From IMG/VR virus record IMGVR_UViG_3300027365_000008: a DNA stretch of 62,834 nt; one strand, given 5' to 3'. Source of the stretch: a virus (taxonomy: Duplodnaviria; Heunggongvirae; Uroviricota; Caudoviricetes). Shown piece after piece: positions 16,302-26,356 of the stretch; position 1 is the first letter of the stretch; every line of letters begins with the position of its first letter. The notes under the pieces were generated by a model. It was not told where the DNA came from. It saw only the letters and a program-made list of their open reading frames with translations, and made no database searches. Made by a program: the position numbers and the translations under genes.

Positions 16302-18389
16302 ATGAGCAAAGATTTTACCCAGTACGACTATGAATCACTCGTTGACGAGGCCACACAAAAACTGAGCGATCAGCCGGGGTGGGGTCAAGGATATCAATCG
16401 TCAATGGGACAGACGCTTATCCAACTACTGGCGGATATCACCGATAACCTTCAGTTTATGTTGGAACGCCGTACCCAAGAAAGCTATCTGATTACTTCCC
16501 GATTGGATTCTTCGGCCCGTGCTGCGGTGTCGGCTATCGGCTATCGCCCGCGTCGCAAGATCAGTGCCACGGGCCAACTGAAACTGCGCCTCAAGGACAA
16601 TCAAACCGATGCCAGCGTCCCGGCTATTGGAAACATCTTCATTCCCTATGGTACCGAAGTCTATTTCGAGGACAATGCTTTCATTGTCATGGAAGATGCC
16701 ACGATTGCTTCTGGGGATTCGGAAGTCACCCTGTCGGTGAAGGAAGGATCGATTCGTCAGGAGACTTTTAACTTCGAAGCCTCTCCCTACCGAGAAAACA
16801 ACTTCCTTGAGTTCAGCGACTATGTGAATAAGGAAGAGTTCTCCCTTTATATTCAGGATGCCAAGGGCGAGTTCTATGACGTTGACAACGAGATCAATGG
16901 CATCCGTCTCGGGGCACTCTCGTTTGCTGATTCCAAGACCCGCGCCTATGACATTCGCTATTACCGCTCAGGGATGCGGATCATTTTCGGTAACGATATC
17001 TTCGGCAAGAAGCCGGAAGGTGAAGTCGTGGTCAATTGGGTGGAATCCTCTGGGTCCGAAGTCGATGTGGTCAAAACCGGACTTGAGTTCAATTTCGCAT
17101 CAGAATACCTTTATGACGACACCACTACCACTCCGCGAAACATCTATTACTATGAACTCACCAATACGACTCCTATCCGGGGTGGTAATGATGAAGAAAG
17201 CATTGTGGAGATGCGTCGTAACGTCGCTGAGTACGTCAGGACTAATGATCGTGCTGTCACCAACTTCGATTATGAGTTTTGGACTCGTCGTTCTGGCATC
17301 GGTGATATCGTTGACGTGACTGCCTATGGGGAGCATGAGGCGGATACGATCATCTTCACCATGAACAATGTCTATATCGCCTATCTGACCAAGCAAGGCA
17401 TTCCTCTTAACGCTGTCCAGAAGACCCAACTCGGTGAGTACCTGAGCAAATACAAGGTGAACACCACCCATCTGGTCATCAGTGAAGCGGTTCGAACCTA
17501 TTTGAAATTGGATATTGATTTCAAGCGACATCCCAAGCTGCCGATTTCTGATGCCCAGTTGGTCAAGATTCTAAAGGATCGGATCAACGAGTATTTCGGT
17601 ATTCGGGAAGGTGCCATCGGTACCGGATTCCAGCATTCTGAATTTGTCGAATACCTTCAGAACCTAACCACGGTATTCAATAACATCACCTATCCGATGA
17701 CGGACTTCGTGAAGGTGGAAATCGATGCAATGATTCCTCTGCCGATCCCGCAACCGGCTTACGATGGGATTGTGGAATTGAGTTACGATTATGTCATCAA
17801 CAAGGATGATATCTGGAACGTAACCATCAATGGGAATACCTATTCGATTCTTGTTTACGATACGGATACCGTGGAAACCTTGGTGGCACGTATGAAGGAC
17901 AAGATTTTCCAGAATACCAGCCTCATGTTAGCAACACCGAAGGCTAATCAGATTCGAATTAAAGAGCCTACTGAGACGGGAACCTATACCCTTTCAGTCG
18001 GTACCGGTGATTTGGTTGAGTTCACTAGGTTCCGTCAGTTGATCCAATTGCCTAAGTCACAAAATGTGGCTACATCTAACAGCGATCAAATCAAACCTAA
18101 TTCGGTTCGTATCGTGGATGATCAGGAAACCATCATCATGCAGGACGATGGTAATGGTAATGTCGAACCAACTGATGGGTATTTCTTCCCGGTAGTCTTC
18201 GTGGATTACAAGCGGTCGTTGATCGAAGCCCCGTCTGTTCCGAATGGCATGTACTATGTGAAATTCCAACAGAACGAATATCAGAACTTCGATGTGGCAC
18301 GGGATGGTGCGGTCTTCAAAATGCCTTTCGCGGATGAGCCGACCAATACCCAGACCAGTAATTACAGTGTTCTCAACATCATTCGCTAA
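16302..18389 (+). CDS. gp6: Baseplate wedge protein (gp6-like)
   Basis: DFTQYDYESL, QESYLITSRL, IGYRPRRKISA, IIFGNDIFGKKP, GGNDEESI, DRAVTNFDY. Confidence 0.85.
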   Translation: MSKDFTQYDYESLVDEATQKLSDQPGWGQGYQSSMGQTLIQLLADITDNLQFMLERRTQESYLITSRLDSSARAAVSAIGYRPRRKISATGQLKLRLKDNQTDASVPAIGNIFIPYGTEVYFEDNAFIVMEDATIASGDSEVTLSVKEGSIRQETFNFEASPYRENNFLEFSDYVNKEEFSLYIQDAKGEFYDVDNEINGIRLGALSFADSKTRAYDIRYYRSGMRIIFGNDIFGKKPEGEVVVNWVESSGSEVDVVKTGLEFNFASEYLYDDTTTTPRNIYYYELTNTTPIRGGNDEESIVEMRRNVAEYVRTNDRAVTNFDYEFWTRRSGIGDIVDVTAYGEHEADTIIFTMNNVYIAYLTKQGIPLNAVQKTQLGEYLSKYKVNTTHLVISEAVRTYLKLDIDFKRHPKLPISDAQLVKILKDRINEYFGIREGAIGTGFQHSEFVEYLQNLTTVFNNITYPMTDFVKVEIDAMIPLPIPQPAYDGIVELSYDYVINKDDIWNVTINGNTYSILVYDTDTVETLVARMKDKIFQNTSLMLATPKANQIRIKEPTETGTYTLSVGTGDLVEFTRFRQLIQLPKSQNVATSNSDQIKPNSVRIVDDQETIIMQDDGNGNVEPTDGYFFPVVFVDYKRSLIEAPSVPNGMYYVKFQQNEYQNFDVARDGAVFKMPFADEPTNTQTSNYSVLNIIR

Positions 18390-18397
18390 GGAGCCTT

Positions 18398-20089
18398 ATG
18401 GAAACGTACAAGAAGCTATTGCCTAAGAGGATTCCAGAATATCTCCAAGGCGACAATGAACTTCAGGAATATCTTGAAACCGCTGGCGAACTCTTCGATG
18501 AGTTCGCTGCTGCGATTGAGGATATGGACAACCTGCATGATTACGCTAGGGTGCCCGAACAACATCTAGCCCATCTGGCGAGTCAGTTTGCCATGGAGTT
18601 CCCTCGCAATTTAAACCCCGAACTCCAAAGAACGATCATTCGTGACCTAGAGGCTATCTATAAGAAGTCCGGTACCGTAGATGTAGTCAATTGGGTATTC
18701 CGACTGATCGGCTGGGATGTCAAGGTCGAATATGCTTGGCTTCCTAACCCTGAGAAATATGATCCAGAGATCGGTAAGGTGTTCTCTCTGGATGATTATG
18801 ATCAACAGCAAATGGAAACGGTTATCACTGATTTTTTCAGAACCGACTTTAGATCGTTTTTGATCGGTGATAGCTATGTCGATACTGCCGGGAACACGTA
18901 TTTCAAAGGAAGAAAGTTTTTTGACACGTCAGATACTTTGTCCCAGCTAGAGATCGTGGGGGAGAAGTATGACGAGACGACTAAAGTTCGTACTCCTGAC
19001 AAGGTGATGAGTACCCCATATATTTTCATTCGGGTGAGTGAAGAGACATATAACATCTTCATGGAGCCTTACGTTGATGAGGATACCGGGGAGGTTTATG
19101 CTTACACCGATCTTGAGTTTTATAAGGTCGTTGAAAACATTTTCAATTTCTTCCTGTTCAATGCCTTCCGCCCGACGAATGTTCGGGTTGTGGTAATTGT
19201 AACTCCGCACACCATTTACGACAGGAGCGTGATCAAGGAAGATTATCGTGACTTCTATATTGCCAAGCCGCTGGAAATGGAAGACGAAGGTGTTCTCATA
19301 CACCAAGACTTCGATAGGATGCCTTATGAATTGCAGGTCAGTAAGGATTTCTTAGCAGGAACACCACCGAGTCCGTTTTCCAAGGACATGGTAATTTCAC
19401 CGGTCCAGAAGGTTGATTATCGAAATTCAGATGGCGTGGATGAGTATTCGGATCAAGATGCTTCAAATGGATTTCGGTTCGATAATCCAAATGCGTATCC
19501 GGTACCTCGGGTCGGGACAGAAGAGTTTGTTTTTGTTACCCCTCACGAAGAATCCTTTTCGTATCGTTTGGTATATTATGGAGGTGTTGTCGAGAGTGTG
19601 TTGTCTGGAACAACACCCCCTTATTCAAATGATGAAACCGCGCTGTCCTTGTGTTTTGATTTGACTACCGATTCGTATGGCATCATTGAAACACTGGCAT
19701 CCTTGGATGGTTTTTTGATTCGTAACCCGACTGAGATTCGTTCTCAGAATTTCCGACCGGATACGGTGACCAACGAATATATGGTAGGTGTCCCGCAAGG
19801 GTCTGGGTTCGAGGATAACACCTTGGTTGATTTCAATTTTGTGACAGGTGACCTAAAAGCGGATTCATCACCTAAACAGTTCACCTATTCTTTCGAGGTG
19901 ACTATCTTCGGTAAGGAAGACAATCCTGATCCCAACTGGAAATCAACCACTTTTACACCGGATAATACGTCTCTGGCAAACATTACTGAATACAATAATA
20001 TTTGGTTTTCGTTGGATAGACCTATCGGGTTCGACTTTGTGTTCGACATTAAATACAAAGCGCAACCCCATTGGGACAATCGAGGGTAA
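18398..20089 (+). CDS. Baseplate wedge protein (gp7 / P2 gpI-like)
   Basis: LAHLASQFA, IYKKSGT...WVFRLIGWDV N-terminal motif; follows gp6. Confidence 0.65.
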   Translation: METYKKLLPKRIPEYLQGDNELQEYLETAGELFDEFAAAIEDMDNLHDYARVPEQHLAHLASQFAMEFPRNLNPELQRTIIRDLEAIYKKSGTVDVVNWVFRLIGWDVKVEYAWLPNPEKYDPEIGKVFSLDDYDQQQMETVITDFFRTDFRSFLIGDSYVDTAGNTYFKGRKFFDTSDTLSQLEIVGEKYDETTKVRTPDKVMSTPYIFIRVSEETYNIFMEPYVDEDTGEVYAYTDLEFYKVVENIFNFFLFNAFRPTNVRVVVIVTPHTIYDRSVIKEDYRDFYIAKPLEMEDEGVLIHQDFDRMPYELQVSKDFLAGTPPSPFSKDMVISPVQKVDYRNSDGVDEYSDQDASNGFRFDNPNAYPVPRVGTEEFVFVTPHEESFSYRLVYYGGVVESVLSGTTPPYSNDETALSLCFDLTTDSYGIIETLASLDGFLIRNPTEIRSQNFRPDTVTNEYMVGVPQGSGFEDNTLVDFNFVTGDLKADSSPKQFTYSFEVTIFGKEDNPDPNWKSTTFTPDNTSLANITEYNNIWFSLDRPIGFDFVFDIKYKAQPHWDNRG

Positions 20090-20092
20090 TAA

Positions 20093-21496
20093 ATGTACGA
20101 ATATGCAAAAGGTGAAGTCACCATAGAAACATACGACCGCAAAACTGGAAAACGAATCGAGATTTGCGGTCCCTCTGATAATATTGTCACGGATAAAGGC
20201 ATTGGGCAGATGTGGCGTCGTATCTCCATGTCCGATTCCAGTGGAATTTTTAAATTCGAAACCATTGCCATTGGTACAGATTTTGGTGATCCGGCTACAT
20301 GGTCTGTCTTTAATCCCGAACCTGCGACTCGGGATTTCACCAGTGCTGATCAGACGGCAATTTATTTCGCCAAGGTCGATCAGGTCTTTTATGACTATCC
20401 ATTGGACCCGACTATCAAGGTCACGGCGATCATTGATGGTGCTATGACCATGGCGCAGAGTTTTTCGGATCAGTTCTCAGCGGATTTCAGTTCGGCGACT
20501 TTGCGTTTCGGTAACGGGGAGACGTTTGCCTACAAGCGGTTTCCAATTCGATCCATTACCCGTGATGTGAATATCAAGATCGTCTGGACGATTACCCTGA
20601 AGAACGCGGCGGAATACTGTAACGAGGGTATCTTCGATGATGGAATCACTCTGGCCTATTACTGCACCGATGGTAGGAATGAGGTCAATGAATTGGATAT
20701 TACTGGGTCATTGGCCTTTTCTTCACGCCTCCATGATAATGAAGTCATCTGTGTTGCATCGGATTTGACCAAGAACATCTATTCGGCTAGTGCCATTGAT
20801 CATGTGATCATTAAAATGAATCGCAGTGGCGTGGAACAATGGCGCTATGATGCACATACTGACACCATCACCGGACTCAAGACAGACGACAGGGGCAACC
20901 TGTACACGTCCTCGAATGATGGAACCATCGTCAAGTTGAACTCGGATGGCTTGCCCCTGTGGACGTATGATGCCGGTATGCCGGTAGTGGTGGGAGATGT
21001 AGCGAGCAATGGAAGCATTCTCATTTATACCCCGTCTAACAATGTCATGACGAAACTCAATTCGAATGGAGGGCTGGTGTGGACGAGCAACTATCATCCG
21101 TCAACGATTCTGGATGTGGCATTTGCTGCCAACGATTCAGTTTATACCGGGTCTAGTGATAATCTTCTTCGTAAGTTCGATTTTGATGGATCATTCGAAT
21201 GGGAGTATAACGGGTTCACGGATTTTGTGACATCGGTATCCGGGGATTCTCTAAACAACGTGGTGGCTGGGTCCAATGATAAAACCGTTCGTAAAGTGTC
21301 ACCCGCAAAGACCGAGGTGTGGAAGAATACGGATAGCACAGAATGGATTCAAAAGGTCATTGTCGATGCCAGCAACTCCATTTTCGTTTTGTCTACTGAT
21401 GGGTACATCCGCAAATTGAACTCTGATGGCAATCAGATTTGGATGTATGCCCAAGAAGAAGATAATGTCAATGACATGGCAGTTAATAGGAACTAA
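20093..21496 (+). CDS. Baseplate-associated protein with C-terminal beta-propeller
   Basis: N-terminal domain paralogous to 21499; ~40-aa blades (YTSSNDGTIVKLNSDG..LW, YTGSSDNLLRKFD). Confidence 0.65.
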   Translation: MYEYAKGEVTIETYDRKTGKRIEICGPSDNIVTDKGIGQMWRRISMSDSSGIFKFETIAIGTDFGDPATWSVFNPEPATRDFTSADQTAIYFAKVDQVFYDYPLDPTIKVTAIIDGAMTMAQSFSDQFSADFSSATLRFGNGETFAYKRFPIRSITRDVNIKIVWTITLKNAAEYCNEGIFDDGITLAYYCTDGRNEVNELDITGSLAFSSRLHDNEVICVASDLTKNIYSASAIDHVIIKMNRSGVEQWRYDAHTDTITGLKTDDRGNLYTSSNDGTIVKLNSDGLPLWTYDAGMPVVVGDVASNGSILIYTPSNNVMTKLNSNGGLVWTSNYHPSTILDVAFAANDSVYTGSSDNLLRKFDFDGSFEWEYNGFTDFVTSVSGDSLNNVVAGSNDKTVRKVSPAKTEVWKNTDSTEWIQKVIVDASNSIFVLSTDGYIRKLNSDGNQIWMYAQEEDNVNDMAVNRN

Positions 21497-21498
21497 TT

Positions 21499-22974
21499 AT
21501 GAAACCAAAACAACTTGCCGGTATTCAGGGCATTCTTACCATTCGTGAGATTGACAAGGCGACAGGGGCAACCCTGTCTGAATTTTCTGATAAGAATGTA
21601 ATCACCGAGAAGGGTATGAATGCCCTTTGGAAACGGTTATCGTTGGATGATACGAACGATGACTACCGGTTCAGTGCGTTCTATTTGGGTGAGGACTACG
21701 GTGCCGGTGAAGATACCGGGGACTGGTCTATTTTTCTTCCAAGACCCGCCAAGAAGAATTTTACGGACATGAACCAACAGGTCATCTATCAGGTTGATCC
21801 GACTGAAATGGTTTACAGTTTTCCTGATGAAAATGTTCTTGAAGTGGCAACGCTTCTGGATGGAAAGAACATCATGGACACCTTGTTCCCGAACGAGGTG
21901 AATGCCAAGTACAATTCGGCGACGCTTCGAGTTGGTAATGGGACTGTGTTCTCTTACAAGCGATTCGGTGTGCGATCCATTTCACGCCTGATTGATATTC
22001 AGGTTATCTGGACATTCACCCTTATGGATTCCAGTTTGTATGATTGCTCCATCGAACCGCCCCCGGTTGATCCTCCGCAGATGGATCATGATCATGGGAT
22101 TCCGGTCTATGCAGGCTATTGGGGAGACAATAGTGTTCGCAAGATAAATTCGGTCAATCAGGAAGTATGGTCATATACGGGTCATATTAACTGGGTGACT
22201 GATCTAACGCTTGATGACGTATTTGTTTACAGCGCATCGCGTGATTTCTCAATCAAGAAACTTCGCCAATCCGATGGTACCGAAGAGTGGTCACGCCAGA
22301 TTCATACGGACGTGATTCGTTCAATCAAATATCACAACGAATATATCTACTCGTGTGGTAACGATAGCACCGTCATGAAGATGGATCGTCAGGGTAATAT
22401 GATCTGGATCATCAGTGGCGATACGGCGGATGCCATGGACCTCGCGTTCATGCCTAGTGGCAACATTCTGGTCGGGTATCGAAACGGTAACGTCTATGAA
22501 ATAGATGATGCCACCGGAACACTGGTTACCGCAGGTGCCTTTGATACCAAGTCTTCAGAACTGGTAGCGATTGCAACTGATTCTGTGGGCAATTGTTATG
22601 CGTCGGTGTTCGACACCATCTTCAAGGTCAAGAAGTTCAACACCAGTCGTGGGCGCGATTGGGAGAAATCCGATTTCACCGACTTCAGCCATTGCTTAGT
22701 CGTTGATGCTAACGATGTGCTTTATGTCGGGTCTGACGATAACACAGTAAGGAAAATCGATCCGACCGGCTCAGAAATTTGGAAGTTTGAGCGTCACACG
22801 GACATTGTTCGTGGATTGGACGTGGACTATTTGGGATATGTGTACTCAGGCAGCATCGATCAGACCGTAAGGAAGATTACCCCGAACGGTAATCAGGTTT
22901 GGGTCTTTGTTGGTAATGAGAACGCTTGCGCTGCTATTGCGGCTGGATTGAAACCAGTTACAGGAACACCCTAA
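21499..22974 (+). CDS. Paralogous baseplate-associated protein with C-terminal WD40-like propeller
   Basis: Shares SATLRxGNGxxFxYKRFxxRSIxR with 20093; GH..W blades (WSYTGHINWV, WKFERHTDIV). Confidence 0.65.
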   Translation: MKPKQLAGIQGILTIREIDKATGATLSEFSDKNVITEKGMNALWKRLSLDDTNDDYRFSAFYLGEDYGAGEDTGDWSIFLPRPAKKNFTDMNQQVIYQVDPTEMVYSFPDENVLEVATLLDGKNIMDTLFPNEVNAKYNSATLRVGNGTVFSYKRFGVRSISRLIDIQVIWTFTLMDSSLYDCSIEPPPVDPPQMDHDHGIPVYAGYWGDNSVRKINSVNQEVWSYTGHINWVTDLTLDDVFVYSASRDFSIKKLRQSDGTEEWSRQIHTDVIRSIKYHNEYIYSCGNDSTVMKMDRQGNMIWIISGDTADAMDLAFMPSGNILVGYRNGNVYEIDDATGTLVTAGAFDTKSSELVAIATDSVGNCYASVFDTIFKVKKFNTSRGRDWEKSDFTDFSHCLVVDANDVLYVGSDDNTVRKIDPTGSEIWKFERHTDIVRGLDVDYLGYVYSGSIDQTVRKITPNGNQVWVFVGNENACAAIAAGLKPVTGTP

Positions 22975-23846
22975 TGGCTTCAACACTCGGTAAGTATATT
23001 CGTTTTACAGAACTCACAGAGGTCACCACGATTGGTGCCAATGATGAAGTTGTGATTGTCGATAAATCGGACGTGTCCTCTTCCCCGGAGGGCACCGATG
23101 TCAAGGTTACGGTGCAAAACTTCCTTGAACAAGCACCGGTTCGACCGTCTGGCGATCCGTCTGATGTCAAAACGCTGACCAAATGGATTGACCAATGGAA
23201 CAATAAGATTCGTTTCCTAGAGAATGTCACCCAATATGCCACTACCTCGTCTGTTGGGGTGGTGGAATTGGCGACAGATATTCAAGCAACGGATAAGGCA
23301 AGTACCACAGCGGTTATCACTGCCTCAAATTTCGCTGCTATGGACTCCACACATGCTTTCGCGGGCTTGGTAGCCTTGGCTACCGGGTTAGAAACATCGA
23401 CCGGTACAGACGATTCTAAGGCGGTTACGCCCCTGTCTCTTTTCGAAGGGATTCTTGGAGCAAGTCTGTTCGGCAATGATACCTTCGTCTTCAAGTTTCC
23501 TGTTAAGGATTCCAGTGATGACAAGAAGCGCGAGATCATCATTCAGTATGCTGAGGTTCAAGCTGCATCGGTTTATAATACTGCTGACCCGTCTAGCAGT
23601 TTCAATCACATTCATTCTTATTTCGATCTGAATGTGACATTCCCCCAAGCGATGCCCAACAAGACATTGATGGTTATCCCCGTGGGGTATGAAGTTGATC
23701 CCGCCAATTACCATGAAGGGACAGATTTCTTCATTCGGGCTATCGAGCAAAATACAGGTGGTGCAAAACTTCGGGCTACCCGCATCGGCGGGGTAAATAC
23801 CAATGCAGAGAAACTAGGTGTTCGATACCTAGTCATCGGATTCTAA
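22974..23846 (+). CDS. Short tail fibre-like protein
   Basis: ATG 22974 (MASTLGK); T4 gp12/gp34-type repeats ATTSSVGVVELAT and AGLVALAT..ETSTGTDDSKAVTP. Confidence 0.65.
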   Translation: MASTLGKYIRFTELTEVTTIGANDEVVIVDKSDVSSSPEGTDVKVTVQNFLEQAPVRPSGDPSDVKTLTKWIDQWNNKIRFLENVTQYATTSSVGVVELATDIQATDKASTTAVITASNFAAMDSTHAFAGLVALATGLETSTGTDDSKAVTPLSLFEGILGASLFGNDTFVFKFPVKDSSDDKKREIIIQYAEVQAASVYNTADPSSSFNHIHSYFDLNVTFPQAMPNKTLMVIPVGYEVDPANYHEGTDFFIRAIEQNTGGAKLRATRIGGVNTNAEKLGVRYLVIGF

Positions 23847-23857
23847 GGGGTATTTGA

Positions 23858-24727
23858 ATGCTTTATACACCGATTGTTCTATACAGCAATGGTGAACCGC
23901 TTGATGAGATTACACTGAACCGTGCATTGCATGATATTCAAGTCAATCTCGAACAAGCCATCACGAACATTGAAGATGTTTTGAATGCTACCAGTGAAGC
24001 GGTTCCCTTTTCACTGGTGCGCCGAGATGCGGCAGGTCAGTCTAAGTTTGGCACGCCGACCGATGAGCAGCACGTTATCCGGGTCGCCGAATTTCGTGTG
24101 CTTGATGAGTATGTCAAAGATCTCATCAACCAGACAACACAAAATGTCAAACGTAGTCGTCTCCCATGGGCATCGTTGTCTGATCGTGGCATTGTTCAAT
24201 TGAATAATTCCACCAATAGCACCATTCAGGATCAGGCCGCTACACCGTATGCAGTCAAGAAGGCATATGATCACGCATCCAGTGCCATGTCTGCGGCTAA
24301 CTCAGCACGCGCCGCCATTCCCGATGTCATTGATGCAGTCGACAGCAATGACACAGACGACGCGGGTAGTGCCAATGCTGTTCGTTTGGCTTATGAAAAC
24401 GCACAATCATTGTGGGATATTTTCATCAACGAACATGATGACCCGTCCCCGGGTCAAAACAGTGGGTGGTTTAATTTGCCGGGCGGGTTGATTGTTCAGT
24501 ACGGGTGGATCGTTCTTGAATCACCGGTTGAACAAAAGTCTATAAACTTTCCAAAGCCTTTCCAAAACAGGGCATTCATAGTCATTGGTAGCAAGGGTGC
24601 TTATTTCGATAAAGAAAGTTCTGGAATGTACGGGTTTGATGTAAAGGATAGATTTTCTTTTGTAGCGACCAACTTAAATGACACAGGGTTCGGCCAAGGT
24701 CATTATTGGCTGGCAATTGGGAGGTAA
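23858..24727 (+). CDS. Tail fibre protein
   Basis: Fibre repeat ASLSDRGIVQLNNSTNS...AATPYAVKKAYD; C-terminal GWFNLPGGLIVQYG...INFPKPF domain. Confidence 0.75.
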   Translation: MLYTPIVLYSNGEPLDEITLNRALHDIQVNLEQAITNIEDVLNATSEAVPFSLVRRDAAGQSKFGTPTDEQHVIRVAEFRVLDEYVKDLINQTTQNVKRSRLPWASLSDRGIVQLNNSTNSTIQDQAATPYAVKKAYDHASSAMSAANSARAAIPDVIDAVDSNDTDDAGSANAVRLAYENAQSLWDIFINEHDDPSPGQNSGWFNLPGGLIVQYGWIVLESPVEQKSINFPKPFQNRAFIVIGSKGAYFDKESSGMYGFDVKDRFSFVATNLNDTGFGQGHYWLAIGR

Positions 24728-24729
24728 AA

Positions 24730-25857
24730 TTGTTAACTACAGTTCCCTTTGGTGATTTATTTACCATCCATAGAAATTCTGATAAGTGGTTGTTTGATGT
24801 TAACGGGGATTTGGTAAAAATCCCCGTTTCTGCTATTCCTTATGCCTATGACCCTCGATTGAAAACACTAGAAGGGATTCAGATAGAGGGTTACTCCCGC
24901 AACCTATTCAAGCACAGTGATACTCTCGATGATTTTGTTCTTAGCAGCGGCATGTCACTGACTTCATCCAATACGCTCATGGGTGCAAGCAATGCCCTAC
25001 ATATGGATAGTTCGGTCGTTGATAAGACTGCCAAGGTTGTCTTTGACACTCCCCTTGATTGTGAATACATCGGAGTCTCTTATTTCGTCAGGACATCCGA
25101 TAACAGTTACCCGATCATCGGTAGGTCATATAGTCGTTGGGCAGAGATGCACCTACTGATCAATGGGCAGGATGTCATGGATGCGGATAGCACCTATGAT
25201 ATTCGTGGTCCGCTCAAGGATGGGTCGTTCTGGGTCCGCTCAAGGATTCGTTCACCCGAGACGCCTATTGTGGATTTTGCCTTTGCTACGTCACACGAAA
25301 ATCTTAAGAAGGATATTTGGATTTCCACTATGCAGATCGAGGAAAACCTGTATTCGTCATTGATTCCTACCAATGGGGCAATCGAAGAGCGTCTTCCCGA
25401 TTATATCACGGGTGCATTGGAATACGGTCGTACCATGAATAAGCAACAAGGTACTATCGATTTCATGTACGAACCTCACCCCGGTTCTAAAGGAACTGCG
25501 TTCCGACTCCATACGGCTGATCTCAAAGAACATATCCAGATTGGCAGATTGGATCAACCGAATAATATCAAAATTGATTCTGAAAACGCATTGTTTGGAT
25601 TTGAAGATAATTCCAATCTTCTCCAAGGAGAATCGTTCATTCGTTTTACCTATAGTCCCTATGGAGTGAGGATGGACATCAATCAAGGCACTGAATTACG
25701 GGAATACAAAGATTTCAATATGTTTGAATTGAATACCCCGAATATGATTACCATCGGAGAAAGCACGGAAAGTTCGTATTTCACCGGGTTAATCAAACTG
25801 TTTCGTTGCTACGCACGGGCTTATGTAGATACGGAGATGTCAAATGGCGCAGTTTAA
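24730..25857 (+). CDS. Tail-associated protein (possible lectin/LamG-like C-terminus)
   Basis: Probable TTG start at 24730 after GGAGG; DVNGDL...YDP...GIQIEGYSRNL motif common in phage tail proteins. Confidence 0.55.
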   Translation: MLTTVPFGDLFTIHRNSDKWLFDVNGDLVKIPVSAIPYAYDPRLKTLEGIQIEGYSRNLFKHSDTLDDFVLSSGMSLTSSNTLMGASNALHMDSSVVDKTAKVVFDTPLDCEYIGVSYFVRTSDNSYPIIGRSYSRWAEMHLLINGQDVMDADSTYDIRGPLKDGSFWVRSRIRSPETPIVDFAFATSHENLKKDIWISTMQIEENLYSSLIPTNGAIEERLPDYITGALEYGRTMNKQQGTIDFMYEPHPGSKGTAFRLHTADLKEHIQIGRLDQPNNIKIDSENALFGFEDNSNLLQGESFIRFTYSPYGVRMDINQGTELREYKDFNMFELNTPNMITIGESTESSYFTGLIKLFRCYARAYVDTEMSNGAV

Positions 25858-26353
25858 CAAGAAGAAACTGGGTGAGATGATTTCCTATTCTCGCCCAACG
25901 CCCAACGAATACCAAGATGAGTTTGGACATACGATAATGGCTGCCCCTAACCGAATTCGTCTTGAGTATAATGATCAAGGGTATCTGATGGGCATCAAGT
26001 TCGGGGATGGGGATACCATGCGTATTCCGCGTCTCACCAATAAGCAATGGATGGGCAATGGCGGTGGAACTCTATTTGTGATTGGGTCTGCACCGGAAGG
26101 AGTGACATGGTTCAAGTGTGGGAATATTGAGATTGAAGGCGTAAATGCCCTCAAGCTGCATATTTTCGAATTGACGCCCAGTGAAGTCCAAACCCTCGAT
26201 AAAGACATGCTGATTTTCCCGAACGCGGATACCGTAACGGGTCAATCTTACTTCCTTATGGCTAAATATTACAATGACAATATCACCATCCCGGCTGATG
26301 AGCGGGCCATGATGGAAGAGTTTAACCAATTTATGAATCAACCTTGGAGTTAA
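25844..26353 (+). CDS. Tail-associated protein, N-terminus related to the previous gene
   Basis: YSRPTPNEYQDEFG..AAPNRIRLEYNDQGYLMGI resembles the same motif. Confidence 0.5.
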   Translation: MAQFNKKKLGEMISYSRPTPNEYQDEFGHTIMAAPNRIRLEYNDQGYLMGIKFGDGDTMRIPRLTNKQWMGNGGGTLFVIGSAPEGVTWFKCGNIEIEGVNALKLHIFELTPSEVQTLDKDMLIFPNADTVTGQSYFLMAKYYNDNITIPADERAMMEEFNQFMNQPWS

Positions 26354-26356
26354 TGA

